This document shows, piece after piece, positions 37,148 through 49,200 of a DNA stretch of 64,000 nt. Both the position numbers and the translations under genes were made by a program. Location: contig NIVC01001810.1 in assembly GCA_002269645.1 (NCBI GenBank), positions 62,001-126,000 of the forward strand, read 5' to 3'. This DNA comes from Macrostomum lignano. Taxonomy: Eukaryota. Within the stretch, counting starts at the first letter, position 1; each line of letters opens with the position of its first letter. The notes under the pieces are model-generated. The model did no database searches, was not told the origin of the DNA, and saw only the letters and a program-made list of their open reading frames with translations.

Positions 37148-39556
37148 TCCAAGCTCTGATGGAGAGGCAGATTCAAGCTCTGATGGAGCGGAGAGGCAGG
37201 TTCAAGCTCTGATGGAGCGGAAAGGCAGATTCAAGCTAGCTCTGATGGAGCGGAGAGGCAGGTTCAAGCTCTGATGGAGCGGAGAGGCAGATTCAAGCTC
37301 TGATGGAGCGGAGAGGCAGATTCAAGCTCTGATGGAGCGGAGAGGCAGATTCAAGCTCTGATGGAGCGGAGAGGCAGATTCAAGCTCTGATGGAGCGGAG
37401 AGGCAGATTCAAGCTCTGATGGAGCGGAGAGGCAGATTCAAGCTAGCTCTGATGGAGCGGAGAGGCAAATTCAAGCTAGCTCTGATGGAGCGGAGAGGCA
37501 GATTCAAGCTAGCTCTGATGGAGCGGAGAGGCAGGTTCAAGCTCTGATGGAGCGGAGAGGCAGGTTCAAGCTCTGATGGAGCGGAGAGGCAGATTCAAGC
37601 AACTGATGGAGCGGAGAGGCAGATTCAAGCTCTGATGGAGCGGAGAGGCAGATTCAAGCTAGCTCTGATGGAGCGGAGAGGCAGATTCAAGCAACTGATG
37701 GAGCGGAGAGGCAGATTCAAGCTCTGATGGAGCGGAGAGGCAGATTCAAGCTCTGATGGAGCGGAGAGGCAGGTTCAAGCTCTGATGGAGCGGAGAGGCA
37801 GATTCAAGCTCTGATGGAGCGGAGAGGCAGATTCAAGCTAGCTCTGATGGAGCGGAGAGGCAGGTTCAAGCTAGCTCTGATGGAGCGGAGAGGCAGGTTC
37901 AAGCTCTGATGGAGCGGAGAGGCAGGTTCAAGCTCTGATGGAGCGGAGAGGCAGATTCAAGCAACTGATGGAGCAGAGAGGCAGGTTCAAGCTCTGATGG
38001 AGCGGAGAGGCAGGTTCAAGCACTGATGGAGCAGAGAGGCAGGTTCAAGCTCTGATGGAGCGGAGAGGCAGGTTCAAGCTAGCTCTGATGGAGCGGAGAG
38101 GCAGGTTCAAGCTCTGATGGAGCGGAGAGGCAGGTTCAAGCTCTGATGGAGCGGAGAGGCAGGTTCAAGCTAGCTCTGATGGAGCGGAGAGGCAGGTTCA
38201 AGCTAGCTCTGATGGAGCGGAGAGGCAGGTTCAAGCTCTGATGGAGCGGAGAGGCAGATTCAAGCTCTGATGGAGCGGAGAGGCAGATTCAAGCTCTGAT
38301 GGAGCGGAGAGGCAGATTCAAGCTCTGATGGAGCGGAGAGGCAGATTCAAGCTCTGATGGAGCGGAGAGGCAGGTTCAAGCACTGATGGAGCGGAGAGGC
38401 AGATTCAAGCTCTGATGGAGCGGAGAGGCAGATTCAAGCTCTGATGGAGCGGAGAGGCAGATTCAAGCTCTGATGGAGCGGAGAGGCAGGTTCAAGCACT
38501 GATGGAGCAGAGAGGCAGGATCAAGCACTGATGGAGCGGAGAGGCAGGTTCAAGCTCTGATGGAGCGGAGAGGCAGGTTCAAGCACTGATGGAGCAGAGA
38601 GGCAGGTTCAAGCTCTGATGGAGCGGAGAGGCAGATTCAAGCAACTGATGGAGCAGAGAGGCAGGTTCAAGCTCTGATGGAGCGGAGAGGCAGGTTCAAG
38701 CACTGATGGAGCAGAGAGGCAGGTTCAAGCTCTGATGGAGCGGAGAGGCAGGTTCAAGCTAGCTCTGATGGAGCGGAGAGGCAGGTTCAAGCTCTGATGG
38801 AGCGGAGAGGCAGGTTCAAGCTCTGATGGAGCGGAGAGGCAGGTTCAAGCTCTGATGGAGCGGAGAGGCAGGTTCAAGCTAGCTCTGATGGAGCGGAGAG
38901 GCAGGTTCATGCTCTGATGGAGCGGAGAGGCAGGTTCAAGCACTGATGGAGCAGAGAGGCAGGTTCAAGCTCTGATGGAGCGGAGAGGCAGATTCAAGCA
39001 ACTGATGGAGCAGAGAGGCAGGTTCAAGCTCTGATGGAGCGGAGAGGCAGGTTCAAGCACTGATGGAGCAGAGAGGCAGGTTCAAGCTCTGATGGAGCGG
39101 AGAGGCAGGTTCAAGCTAGCTCTGATGGAGCGGAGAGGCAGGTTCAAGCTCTGATGGAGCGGAGAGGCAGGTTCAAGCTCTGATGGAGCGGAGAGGCAGG
39201 TTCAAGCTCTGATGGAGCGGAGAGGCAGGTTCAAGCTAGCTCTGATGGAGCGGAGAGGCAGGTTCAAGCTCTGATGGAGCGGAGAGGCAGGTTCAAGCAC
39301 TGATGGAGCGGAGAGGCAGATTCAAGCAACTGATGGAGCGGAGAGGCAGGATCAAGCACTGATGGAGCGGAGAGGCAGGTTCAAGCTCTGATGGAGCGGA
39401 GAGGCAGGTTCAAGCACTGATGGAGCAGAGAGGCAGGTTCAAGCTCTGATGGAGCGGAGAGGCAGGTTCAAGCACTGATGGAGCGGAGAGGCAGGATCAA
39501 GCTCTGATGGAGCGGAGAGGCAGGATCAAGCACTGATGGAGCGGAGAGGCAGATTC
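37148..39556. repeat. 29/33-bp satellite (TCAAGCTCTGATGGAGCGGAGAGGCAGAT, with AGCT-insertion variants)
   Basis: About 80 copies between the convergent AKAP1-like and TRPM-like 3' ends. Confidence 0.97.
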
Positions 39557-40232
39557 AGCATATCAGAGAGATTCAGTGGCTACGTGTGTTCGTACAGGTA
39601 GAATTTGTTTGAAAAAAATCGAGCAGCTGAGGCTGCAGTTTCCATGGCTAAAAAGTGGCAGCCGAAAAATAAATTCAGTAATTTATTGGATAAAAATAAA
39701 ATTATATTTCTGTTAAACAACATTTTCTATTTTTGGTATGCGAGCTTACTTCAAAGCGTTTAGGTTTATAAGTAGCAGAGAAGTGTATCTGCGAAGTTTC
39801 AGTTTTCATAATTTCAAAGGCAACAAAAATGACTACAAAAAACACGGGCTATGCAGGTAGGTCGCAGGTAATAAAGCTCTCTGATAAGTGAATAAGTATA
39901 TCTTATCATTGAAAAAAGTAGATTTTAGCAAACTATGCAATAAATATGCTAATAGTAGACAAGAGTGGTTTTTATAGGATTTATCTAGAGACTCTCGCAT
40001 CATAGAGATTATCGTCGAAGGCAAGAAGTACTAGTTTTTTGGATAGAGATAAACTAAAAGAGTGATGAGAAAAAGTGAAATCTAAATTCAGAGAGGATTA
40101 GCATCTGTTTCTGAGAATATAATGAAACAGTGATAGCGGCAGAAAACCATTCAATAAGACATTCGGCAGTCAGGAGCTCGTCAAAAAGCTTAAAGTTAAC
40201 TTTGCATCAGTGACTACTCATTCAGCTGGCCG

Positions 40233-43200
40233 TCAGTAGTACGCGTTGCGCAATTGGATCAGCTTCTCCAGGCAGCGCCAGTGTCCGGGCGGGAACTTGC
40301 TCTCGGACTTGTGGGACAGCTCAGTCCAGCGGGGACGGCTCTTGGAGTCCAGCTGCGGGAGTGGGGGGGGGCAATGGGCTGATGACCTGCTGCTCGAAAG
40401 CCTGCCTGGCCTGCCGCTTATCTACAGCCTGCTGCTGGCCTGCCGCTTATCTGCAGCCTGCTGCTGGCCTGCCGCTTATCCACAGCCTGCTGCTGACCTG
40501 CCGCTTATCTACAGCCTGCTGCTGACCTGCCGCTTATCTGCAGCCTGCTGCTGGCCTGCCGCTTATCTACAGCCTGCTGCTGGCCTGCCGCTTATCCACA
40601 GCCTGCTGCTGACCTGCTGCTTATCTACAGCCTGCCTGGCCTGCCGCTTATCTACAGCCTGCTGCTGACCTGCCGCTTATCTGCAGCCTGCTGCTGATCT
40701 GCCGCTTATCTGCAGCCTGCTACTGACCTGCCGCTTATCTGCAGCCTGCTTCTGACCTGCCGCTTATCTGCCGCCTGCTGCTGACCTTTCACCCCAACAG
40801 CACCCCCGACTGGACTCTCATCCCCCCAGCATCACCCCCGACTGCATATGGACTCTCACCCCCCAGCATCATCCCGGCCGGACTCTCAACCCCCAGCATC
40901 ATCCCGGCCGGACTCTCACCCCCGAGCATCACCCACTGCCGGACTCTCACCTTCAGCCGGACGCCGTCCCACAGCCCGCCGGTGTCGTCGTGCAGGCAGA
41001 AGGCGCGCAGCTCCAGCCAGGCGCTGTCGGTGTTCAGCTCGTCGTCCAGGTAGGCGCCACCGAAACCGGGGCCCGCCGCGGCCGTCACCTCGCTGAGACG
41101 CGCCGCGGCCGCCTCCGGGACCGTCAGCGGCGCCTGGCCGCCCTGCCGCTGCTGAGCGTCGGCCAGAAGGCGGCGACAGTCGCCGTCGATCGGCAGGCGG
41201 CGGGCGGGCAGCTCGGAGCGCGGTAACCGCCTTCGCCGGAGTCGGCGGGCAGCGCCAGCAGCTCCAGGGCGCGCTTGCCGCGGCGCTCCTTGTCTGACCA
41301 GCGGGTGACGAGCAGCAGGGCGCGGTGGTTCGGGCCCCAGGCGGGCAGGCGGCCGCGCCCCGCCAGGCCGGTGCGACCGGCCGGGTTCAGCGGCCGCCCG
41401 GTGGCCGCGTCCAGGCTGTAGGGGGCCGCGGCGAAGCTGCGCCGCTCCGAGCCGCTGGCCTCGTCGAAGGTGTTGAAGGCCAGACTGCAGGGGAGCGGAA
41501 AAAAGGGTGGCTTGGGGATCCAACTCGGACTTGCAGGGTTGGTTACCGAGGCTGAGGTTACTGGGGTCACCACCGGTTTCTGGGGTCACCACCGGTTTCT
41601 GGGGTTACCATCGGTTAATCACCCAGCCCCCCAAACTCACCCAGCCCCCCAGACTCACCCAGCCCCCAGACTCACCCAGCCCCCAGACTCACCCAGCCCC
41701 CAGACTCACCCAGCCCCCCAGACTCACCCAGCCCCCCAGACTCACCCAGCCCCCCCAGACTCACCCAGCCCCCCAGACTCACCCAGCCCCCAGACTCATC
41801 AGCCCCCCAGATTCACCCAGCCCCACAGACTCATCAGCCCCCCAGACTCACCCAGCCCCCAGACTCACCCAGCCCCCCAGACTCACCCAGCCCCCAGACT
41901 CATCAGCGCCCCAGACTCATCAGCCCCCCCCCCCAGACTCACCCAGCCCCCCCAGACTCACCCAGCCCCCCAGACTCACCCAGCCCCCCAGACTTACCCA
42001 GCACCCAGACTCACCCAGCCCCTCCCCCCAAACTCACCCAGCCCCCCCCAGACTCACCCAGCTCCCCCCCAGACTCACCCAGCCCCCAGACTCACCCAGC
42101 CCCCCAGACTCATCAACCCCCAGACTCACCCAGCCCCCAGACTCATCCAGCCCCTCAGACTCACCCAGCCCCCAGACTCACCCAGCCCCCCAGACTCACC
42201 CAGCCCCCCAGACTCACCCAGCCCCCCCAGACTCACCCAGCCCTTCCCCAGACTCACCCAGCCCCCCAGACTTACCCAGCACCCAGACTCACCCAGCCCC
42301 TCCCCCCAAACTCACCCAGCCCCCCCCAGACTCACCCAGCCCCCCAGACTCACCCAGCACCCAGACTCACCCAGCCCCTCCCCCAAACTCACCCAGCCCC
42401 CCCAGACTCACCCAGCTCCCCCAGACTCACCCAGCCCCCCAGACTCACCCAGCCCCTCCCCCAAACTCACCCAGCCCCCAGACTCATCAACCCCCAGACT
42501 CACCCAGCCCCCAGACTCACCCAGCCCCCAGACTCAACCAGCCCCCCGACTCACCCAGCCCCCCAGACTCACCCAGCTCCCTAGACTCATCAACCCCCCA
42601 GACTCACCCAGCCCCCAGACTCACCCAGCCTCCCAGACTCACCCAGCCCCCCAGACTCACCCAGCCCCCCAGACTCACCCAGCCCCCAGACTCACCCAGC
42701 CCCCCAGACTCACCCAGCCGGATCATCCCTGTCCACCTCGCCGTCAGCGTCGGGCTCCGGAGCGCTGAACTCGGGCGGCTTGTAGCCACCGGGCAGTTCG
42801 GCAGCCCAGGCCAGCTGGTCGGGCCGCAGCGGCAGGCGCGCCGGGCCGCCGGCACCAGGGTACGGCGACGTGAGCGACAGCGTCTGGCTCGGAGTCCCGC
42901 CCTTGCCTACTGCACCGTGGCTGAATGAGGGCTCCATGGAGTCGCCGTCGGCGTCCGCCTCTCTGGGTCGGCTGTGGCCGCGCCTTCGGTGGCCGGGTGA
43001 ACCTGGTTGATGATAAACAGGAGTGAGTGCCATTTGATCTCAGTGAGTGCCATTTGAGCTGAGTGAGTGCCATTTCAACTGAGTGAGTGCCATTTCAACT
43101 GAGTAAGTGCCATTTCAGCTGAGTGAGTGCCATTTCAGCTGAGTGAGTGCCATTTCAGCTGAGTGAGTGCCATTTCAGCTGAGTGAGTGCCATTTCAACT

Positions 43201-46200
43201 GAGTGAGTGCCATTTCAGCTGAGTGAGTGCCATTTGATCTGAGTGAGTGCCATTTCAACTGAGTGAGTGCCATTTCAACTGAGTGAGTGCCATTTCAGCT
43301 GAGTGAGTGCCATTTGATCTGAGTGAGTGCCATTTCAACTGAGTGAGTGCCATTTCGACTGAGTGAGTGCCATTTCAACTGAGTGAGTGCCATTTGATCT
43401 GAGTGAGTGCCATTTGATCTGAGTGAGTGCCATTTCAACTGAGTGAGTGCCATTTGATCTGAGTGAGTGCCATTTCAACTGAGTGAGTGCCATTTGATTC
43501 GAGTGAGTGCCATTTCAACTGAGTGAGTGCCATTTCAGCTGAGTGAGTGCCATTTGATCTGAGTGAGTGCCATTTCAACTGAGTGAGTGCCATTTCAACT
43601 GAGTGAGTGCCATTTCAACTGAGTGAGTGCCATTTCAACTGAGTGAGTGCCATTTCAACTGAGTGAGTGCCATTTCAACTGAGTGAGTGCCATTTCAACT
43701 GAGTGAGTGCCATTTCAACTGAGTGAGTGCCATTTCAGCTGAGTGAGTGCCATTCCAAGCTCACCTCCGGAGCTCTCGGTGGCCGCCTTGAGCGACTGGA
43801 CGGCGGTCATAAGGCTACTCAGGGTGCTCGTGACACTCTCGAACTGGAGCAGGAAGGTGGTGAAGCATTTGAAGGTTGAGAGTACAGTGAATCTGGGGAT
43901 GTAATTCGAATACCCGGTGACGCACTTGGCTCTCCAGTCTGGCGATTCGGTCGGCAACTTCCGGTGACATTTTGGCCACAACCATGTGCGGCTGCTGCTG
44001 CTGGGGCGGCGGCAGCGGCGGCGGCGGCAGCGCGGCCTGGGAGCCGGCCGAGGCAGCGGCTGGCAGCTGGTCCACTTTCTTGGAAAGGTTGGACAGCCTG
44101 CGGGGGCGGTGATGGAGATGGCTGCAGCTGCCCTGGGGTTGTTCGAATTACTGTTGACCTCAACTGACGTCATGCATGTAAGGCCCCGATAATCTATACT
44201 CATACTCATTCGATACTCATTCACCTCAATGAGTCACCGATAATCTCTATTGACCTCAATTGGTCGTCGATGACCTTCATTGACCTCAATGGGTCGCCGA
44301 TGACCTTCATTGACCTCAATGAGTCACCGATGACCTTCATTGACCTCAATGAGTCACCGATGATCCCTATTGACCTTAATGAGTCACCGATGACCTTTAT
44401 TGACCTCAATGAGTCACCGATGATCTCTATTGACCTCAGTAAGTCATCGATGACGTGCATTGACCTCGAGGTGTCACCGTTAACCTCAAATTGATTTCAC
44501 CTCTTAACCTCTTGGCTCAGAAAAATGGCTTCTAATTCATCGATGACCTATTTTGTGAATCCTATAGCTTTGAGATACCCGATGGACCTCAGTTAAATAA
44601 GCAATCATGATGAGCAAGTGCTCAGATGCATGAGCACTGCCACCCGCCAGCAACTCACTGGTCATTGCACTTCCTCAGGATGTTTTTATCGGCATCGCTA
44701 TTGGCCTTCTTCATCCTGCGCGTAATCTCCAGGATATGCAGGCACTCCCAATTCTTCAGCTGCCGTTCGACTGACTCGGAGAATCGGTGCTCTGCAATGT
44801 TTTATTGGCCGATATGTATCGAAATTATACTTTACACGATTGTTTGTTGATGCTAATCATACTACTAAGTAGATTGTAGAGATTCTCGCAATTAAAAAAA
44901 CTTCAAGAGGTATTTTCAAGAACAGAAAATAAAAAGACAAGCCGATATGTATCGAAAACAGAATAATGAATTGAAAATTGCTTATGGATGGGATTATTAG
45001 TAGTTACTCGGCTGAAGAAACTGTCGGAACATCTGACCAAGGACCACGAATGCCAAAGCTAAGAAATTAATTTATTTCACTAAATTTATCAATTCCATAA
45101 CTTTGACGTCTTACGCCTTTTTTTCTGTTAATTCCCCAATAAAGATTGTGGCAGCTAAGCGGAATCGAACCCGGGACCTTCAGAGCGAGGCTTGGGGACT
45201 CACGCAGCGGGCTCCTGGTGTTGTAGCCGCAGCCGCAGCGGTGATTGGAGCAGCGCCAGCAGCGCTTGCACAGCAGGCGGATGAGCTGGTAGGCGTGGGA
45301 GAAGATGATGAGGGGCGGCGGCAGGCAGGGCTTCTCCGAGTACTCCCGCACCAGGCTGATCCGCATGAACCGCCAGGTATCGTTTGTGTGGCCCTTCAGC
45401 GTGTTGAAGGTGTGCGCGAAGGTGGCGATCAGCAGGTTGAGCATGAGCACGTTGGCCAGGATGATGTAGGCGGCCAGCAGGATGGGGGAGATCCAAGTGC
45501 CCTCCGGCGTGGCGCACCGCGGCATGGTGTTGTTGGCCCACTCATCCTCATCGAAGGTGCACGGCAGCTCGCCCTGCATGATGTCCAGCTGGAACTCGCC
45601 GAAGATCTGGTAGAAGGCGCGCTGGTACACGTCCTTGATGAGGCCGGCTTCTTTGAAGGAGTTGGGGAACAGGATGGCCTGCTGGGCGATGCCGTAGCCC
45701 GTCACCAGCACCAGGAACACCACCCAGAAGTGGAACAGGTCCCGGATCTGCGGGATGACGTGGCGTTAATTAAATCATTTTGGGATCAGAGTGAATCATT
45801 TTGGGATCAGAGTGAATCATTTAAGGATCAGAGGGAATCATTTGCGACATTAGAGTGAATCAATTAGGGATCAGTGTGAATCATTTTAGGATCAGAGTGA
45901 ATCATTTGTGGGATCAGAGTGAATCATTTTGGGGTCAGAGTGAATCATTTGTGGGATCAGAGTGAATCATTTTGGGATCAGAGTGAATCATTTGTGGGAT
46001 CAGAGTGAATCATTTGCAATCCGAGGATTAGCCGGGCGCTCACCATCCGGCCGATCATGACCAGGTACGGTCCGAGCGCGGAGTCCAGCGAGTAGAAGTG
46101 CAGCAGCCGGAAGAAGAACAGCACCAGGTCGATGGCGTAGAACACGCGGCCTGCGGCGAAGCCGTCCTCTGTGGGCTGCACGCGGCACACAATGCCCAGC

Positions 46201-49200
46201 AGGAACAGCACCAGGATGACCATGTCCATGATGTTCCACGGGTCCGTGGCGTACTCGATCAGCTTCTCGCGGAACGTGTGCCGGTTCACGAATAGCGCCT
46301 GGGGATTCGGGGAGGTGGTAGTTTGGGGAGATTATGGGATTTGGAGATTGTGGGATTTGGCAGCTCGAGGAGAGGAGAGGATTTTGGAGATTATGGGATT
46401 TGGAGATTGTGGGATTTGGGGAGTTCGATGAGATTATGGGATTTTGGGAGTTGAGGAGATTGTGGGATTTTTGGAGATTGTGGGATTTGGCAGCTCGAGG
46501 AGAGGATAGGATTTTGGAGATTGTGGCATTGCAAGAGATTGTAGGGTTTGAGAGGATTTGAGACTTACAATAAGAATTTTCAGAGCACTCACCTGGCGGA
46601 TCTCCTCCACAATGAGGGTGCCAATCCAGATCATGAGCATGATCTCGGAGGGGTGGATCACCGGGTTGAACTCGGTGAGGATCACATAGGTGTACAGCAG
46701 CAGGAACATCAGGTAGAACAGGTAGTTGTACATGAAGATCACCCGCGGCGACTGGTGGAATTCCAGCAGCTTGCGGCAGCAGCTGAGGGTGGAGCTGCCG
46801 CTCAGGAACCGGATGTTCTCCTTGGCCAGGCCGGTCTCCAGCTTCCGCCATCGGCGCGACAGGTCCCCGCCAGCCTCGGCCCGCCGCAGGAACAGCTCCT
46901 CGATGTCCTGGTCGGCGTCCATCTGCTGCAGCTGGGCGAGGCGCCGCTGCCGGGTCTCGGAGCTGTACACCGTGCCGAGCAGGGCGCCGATGAGGTACAG
47001 CGGGAAGCAGGCGATGGTGAGCACCACGTACACGAACAGCTTCAGCGTCGCGTTCTGGCTGGAGATGCCGCCGTTCCAGACGTCGTTGAGCAGCCGCTGC
47101 GGGGCGTCCTGGCTGACGAAGTCGAGGCTGTGCGAGTAGCTCGCCAGCTGCAGCGGCGTGGAGCTGCCGAAGAACTCGGAGACGCGGATGAGCAGCAGCT
47201 CGGAGCGGATCGGGTCGCTCTTGGACGTCTCGTTGCTGAGCTGGATGGCCAGCTGCTCGAACTCCCTGCCGGAGTTTTCGACAGACAGGGGGAGGGGGTG
47301 ATGGAGCAGTAGGAGGCGGATGCTGAGCAGCTCAGTGAGAGGCGAGGCGTCTGAGTCTCGGGCCAGATGCACCTGAGCTCGATTCCGTGCGCGGCCCGCA
47401 TTCAACTCAATCGGTGTGAGGCTTGAGGGGGGAGAGGGAAAGGGAGAGAGGAGATGGAAAGAGGGAGAGAGAGGGAGAGTGAGAGAGAGAAGGAGAGGGA
47501 GAGAGGAAGAGAGGGAGAGTGAGAGAGAGAAGGAGAGGGAGAGAGGGAGAGAGGGAGAGTGAGAGAGAGAGGGAGAGGGAGAGAGGGAGAGAGGGAGAGA
47601 GAGGGAGAGAGAGAGGGGGGAGAGAGAGGGAGAGAGAGAGGGAGAGAGAGGGAGAGAGAGAGGGAGAGGGAGAGAGGGGGAGAGGGAGAGAGAGGGAGAG
47701 GGAGAGAGGGAGAGAGGGAGAGAGAGGGAGAGGGAGAGAGGGAGAGAGAGGGAGAGGGAGAGAGGGAGAGAGAGAGGGAGAGGGAGAGAGAGAGAGGGAG
47801 AGGGAGAGAGGGAGAGAGGGAGAGGGAGAGAGGGAGAGAGAGAGGGAGAGGGAGAGAGAGGGAGAGAGGGAGAGAGGGAGAGGGAGAGAGGGAGAGGGAG
47901 AGAGGGAGAGGGAGAGGGAGAGAGGGAGAGGGAGAGGGAGAGAGGGAGAGGGAGAGAGGGAGAGGGAGAGAGGGAGAGAGAGAGGGAGAGGGAGAGAGAG
48001 GGAGAGAGGGAGAGAGGGAGAGGGAGAGAGGGAGAGAGAGAGATCGGGAGAGGGAGAGAGGGAGAGAGGGGCAACACAACAGAAGCTGAATCTGCCCGAT
48101 CAGCTTTTTTAGTGAAATAAATTGTCTGCGTATCCTTTTTTAAGCGTCAATCAGGTAAGAGAAGATAATGATCAAGGTAGGCTGCGGGGAGATGAGAGAA
48201 GGATGTGAAGGAAGGCACTCACCTGGCCGCATCTCGGATCTCCTGCTGTTCACGCATGTCGTCCTCGATGTTGTCTGCGATTTCGCTCCACACCCGATGG
48301 GCGAAGAGGGCGGCGGTGAGCGGCTCGGACACCTCCTCCCAGAGCAGGCGGGCCATGGACAGGCGGCTGGTGAGCACACTCCACACGAACAGGTCGTTGT
48401 AGGGATCGTCAAAGTGCGGCAGGGTGGCCTCCTGCTCGTCCTCCCCTGCAGCAGTAAAATAAATAATCTTGCTGAAAATATTCTAGTAGCCTACTTTCAG
48501 TAGATGCAGTGTGCGTAAATAGATTTATATAGACAGATTTATAGGAGATTGAAAGCTACATGCATGCGGATAACGGATAATATAGCCAGAAACGGAGGTA
48601 TAAGACAGCTGAGCGCATATAAATCAAGGACGCAGGCCTAAAGAATCTGATTGGTCAATATTAGTCACGTGATTCGACAGATCGGGGTAGAAAATGTGGG
48701 GTTGCTTGCACGATTTTGTAAAAAAGCAACCTCTCATAGCCCACCAACCAATCAAATCAGTTCGTCTAATATTCAAGTGGCACTTGGTCAATACTAAATT
48801 TCTAGTGTCTTAGTGGTCGTTGCTTAGTCCGGAGTCTATAGCAACTAATATAAATGTTGCTCAAAGAACATTGCGTGTTATGCATTGTGCATTAATAATA
48901 GCAGATGACTATGAGTAGAGTACAGAGGGATTTAAGCGTGGTAACTCACAACAAATCCGTTTGAACTCTGAAAAAACAGCGGTGAAGGTTAGAGAGTGAG
49001 TGTGATTGAGTTACACCTGTCAAGTCAAGCAATTCAATTAGTCGCTTAATTGGAGATTTTTAACTTTTGATTGAAATGAGTTTGTTAATAATTAATTCGA
49101 ATACGGCAGGTTTTTACTAACGAAAAACGGCAAAATGTATTTTAATCGATCAGTCGTAGATTTTAGCATAAAATAAACCTGTGAATTTAGAATAATCTAC

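Noticed and set aside
37148-39556. CRISPR-like appearance of 29-33-bp repeats
   Set aside because: There are no unique spacers, no cas genes, and the context is eukaryotic.
41221-41240. 16-nt GT..AG micro-intron to repair the TRPM frameshift
   Set aside because: Removing it does not restore the homologous frame and it is implausibly short.
41470-42928. 432/473-aa Pro-rich plus-strand ORFs
   Set aside because: They are the antisense translation of the donor-site minisatellite in a TRPM intron.
46434-48112. 547-aa ORF with SL/ER repeats
   Set aside because: Only 46593-47265 is a real TRPM exon; the rest is a GA tract.
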